Assembly (NCBI GenBank): GCA_963716255.1
Contig: OY970303.1
Coordinates: 384,001 to 448,000, forward strand
Origin: an uncultured Gemmatimonadales bacterium
Lineage (GTDB): Bacteria > Gemmatimonadota > Gemmatimonadetes > Longimicrobiales > Longimicrobiaceae
Length of the DNA: 64,000 nucleotides
Reading direction: 5' to 3'
The notes under the pieces are model-generated. The model was not told the DNA's origin. It did not search any database and saw only the letters and a list, made by a program, of their open reading frames with translations. Shown piece after piece: positions 63,131-64,000 of the stretch (within the stretch, counting starts at the first letter, position 1; each line of letters starts with the position of its first letter). Position numbers and translations under genes: made by a program.

Positions 63131-63266
63131 GCGGTCCGGGCGTGCCCCCGCTGGCGCGGGGTCGGGCTGCGGCTCCGTAGCAGACGAAACGACCGTCTGC
63201 AACGGAGGCGAGCCCCGGCAAACTGCCGCCGGGTCTCGCCGCTTCGCGCTCGCATCCCTCACGCGG
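63131..63266 (-). repeat. R1 copy 9 (diverged)
   Basis: Same architecture with compensatory stem changes. Confidence 0.85.
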
Positions 63267-63294
63267 GTTTGGCGCTGGCGCCCGCGCGGGTGGC

Positions 63295-63345
63295 CCCCCT
63301 CACCCCCCGGCCCCCTCTCCCCCGCAAGCGGGGGAAAGGGGGAGT
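63295..63345. repeat. boxC-like palindrome
   Basis: CCCCTCACCCCCCGGCCCCCTCTCCCCCGCAAGCGGGGGAAAGGGGGAG. Confidence 0.8.
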
Positions 63346-63589
63346 ACCGCACGGCACCTTTGCCTTGGACGCCTTGCGGACGCCTCGAGGAGCCTTGGTC
63401 TACACGGATCTCGTTTGACCCGGCGCGTGCGCTGCCCGCTCGTCGTCCGGGATCGGGCGAAGCCGACCGTCTTGCAGGCGAGCGCCTCCACGACACACAT
63501 TGCAAAAGGGCCCGACGCGGGCGGTGCGGACCCGGATCCTCGGCGCAGGCGCCGGGCCGCCGCGTACATCTCACACGCCTGCCACTCCC

Positions 63590-64000
63590 ATGCGATCGAC
63601 TCCGTTCCTCCTGTGCCTGGCGACCGGCTGCGCCGCCCTGTCCCGCTCCGCTCCCGTGCCGCCGGAGGTGACCGAGCTGGCGGGGTGCTACGCCATGGAG
63701 TACGGCGCCTGGGGGCCCGAGATCCACGACATAATTCCGTACTCGGCGCCGAAACTTGCCGCGGCTATCCGCCTGCGCACCGCAGCGTGGAGGGATCGGA
63801 TCGATCGGAAAAGGCGATTGTACCACCTCGACGTACTCCCCGCCGCGCCGACCGGCCCCTACCCGTTCCAGGTGTGGAGTCTCGTCGGCAGGGACTCGGT
63901 CTGGGTGGGAATGCCGGTTTCGCTTTTCGGGGCTATCGAGCTGCACCTCCGGCGGGAGGACGCCGATCTGCGCGGAGAGGTCGAGGCCTCCACCGACTAC
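63590..64000 (+). CDS. Putative lipoprotein (partial)
   Basis: MRSTPFLLCLATG-C lipobox-like start; frame open to the window end. Confidence 0.45.
   Translation, partial: MRSTPFLLCLATGCAALSRSAPVPPEVTELAGCYAMEYGAWGPEIHDIIPYSAPKLAAAIRLRTAAWRDRIDRKRRLYHLDVLPAAPTGPYPFQVWSLVGRDSVWVGMPVSLFGAIELHLRREDADLRGEVEASTDY

Noticed and set aside
26086..63266. R1 copies as a CRISPR array, or their variable segments as spacers/guides
   Set aside because: Copies are dispersed in both orientations, no cas genes are present, and the variable parts are self-complementary stems rather than unique spacers.

Overview
High-GC bacterial chromosomal window. Gene style (many lipoproteins, TPR/GntR genes, dense palindromic repeats) suggests Gemmatimonadota/Longimicrobium-like DNA, which is an inference. 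Positions 1-19023 hold the start of a minus-strand NRPS operon: C-A(Ser)-T-E / C-A(Gly)-T-C-A(Ser)-T-E-C-A(His?)-T / A(Gln-like?)-T / atypical C, running off the left edge. The rest is mostly housekeeping and accessory genes: mutS, panE, tRNA-Lys, tex, the ffh-rpsP-rimM-trmD-rplS-rnhB cluster with an IS630 at the rplS stop codon, metH with a SAM-II-like riboswitch, a yitJ-like gene, and secreted hydrolases. The most notable signals are: (1) intergenic boxC/REP-like palindromes inserted into the same loop of 4 of 5 NRPS A domains, one with a frameshift; (2) nine dispersed copies of a ~140-bp structured element with covarying stems, one split by a ~300-bp MITE; (3) an uncharacterised three-gene unit (PPDK-like ATP-grasp/phospho-His protein, membrane protein, nucleoside-deoxyribosyltransferase-like protein), a candidate defence/signalling system; (4) a TPR protein convergent with a small lipopeptide gene; (5) a SAM-II-like aptamer apparently coupled to a terminator. 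All family calls come from motif reading by eye; no searches were run.
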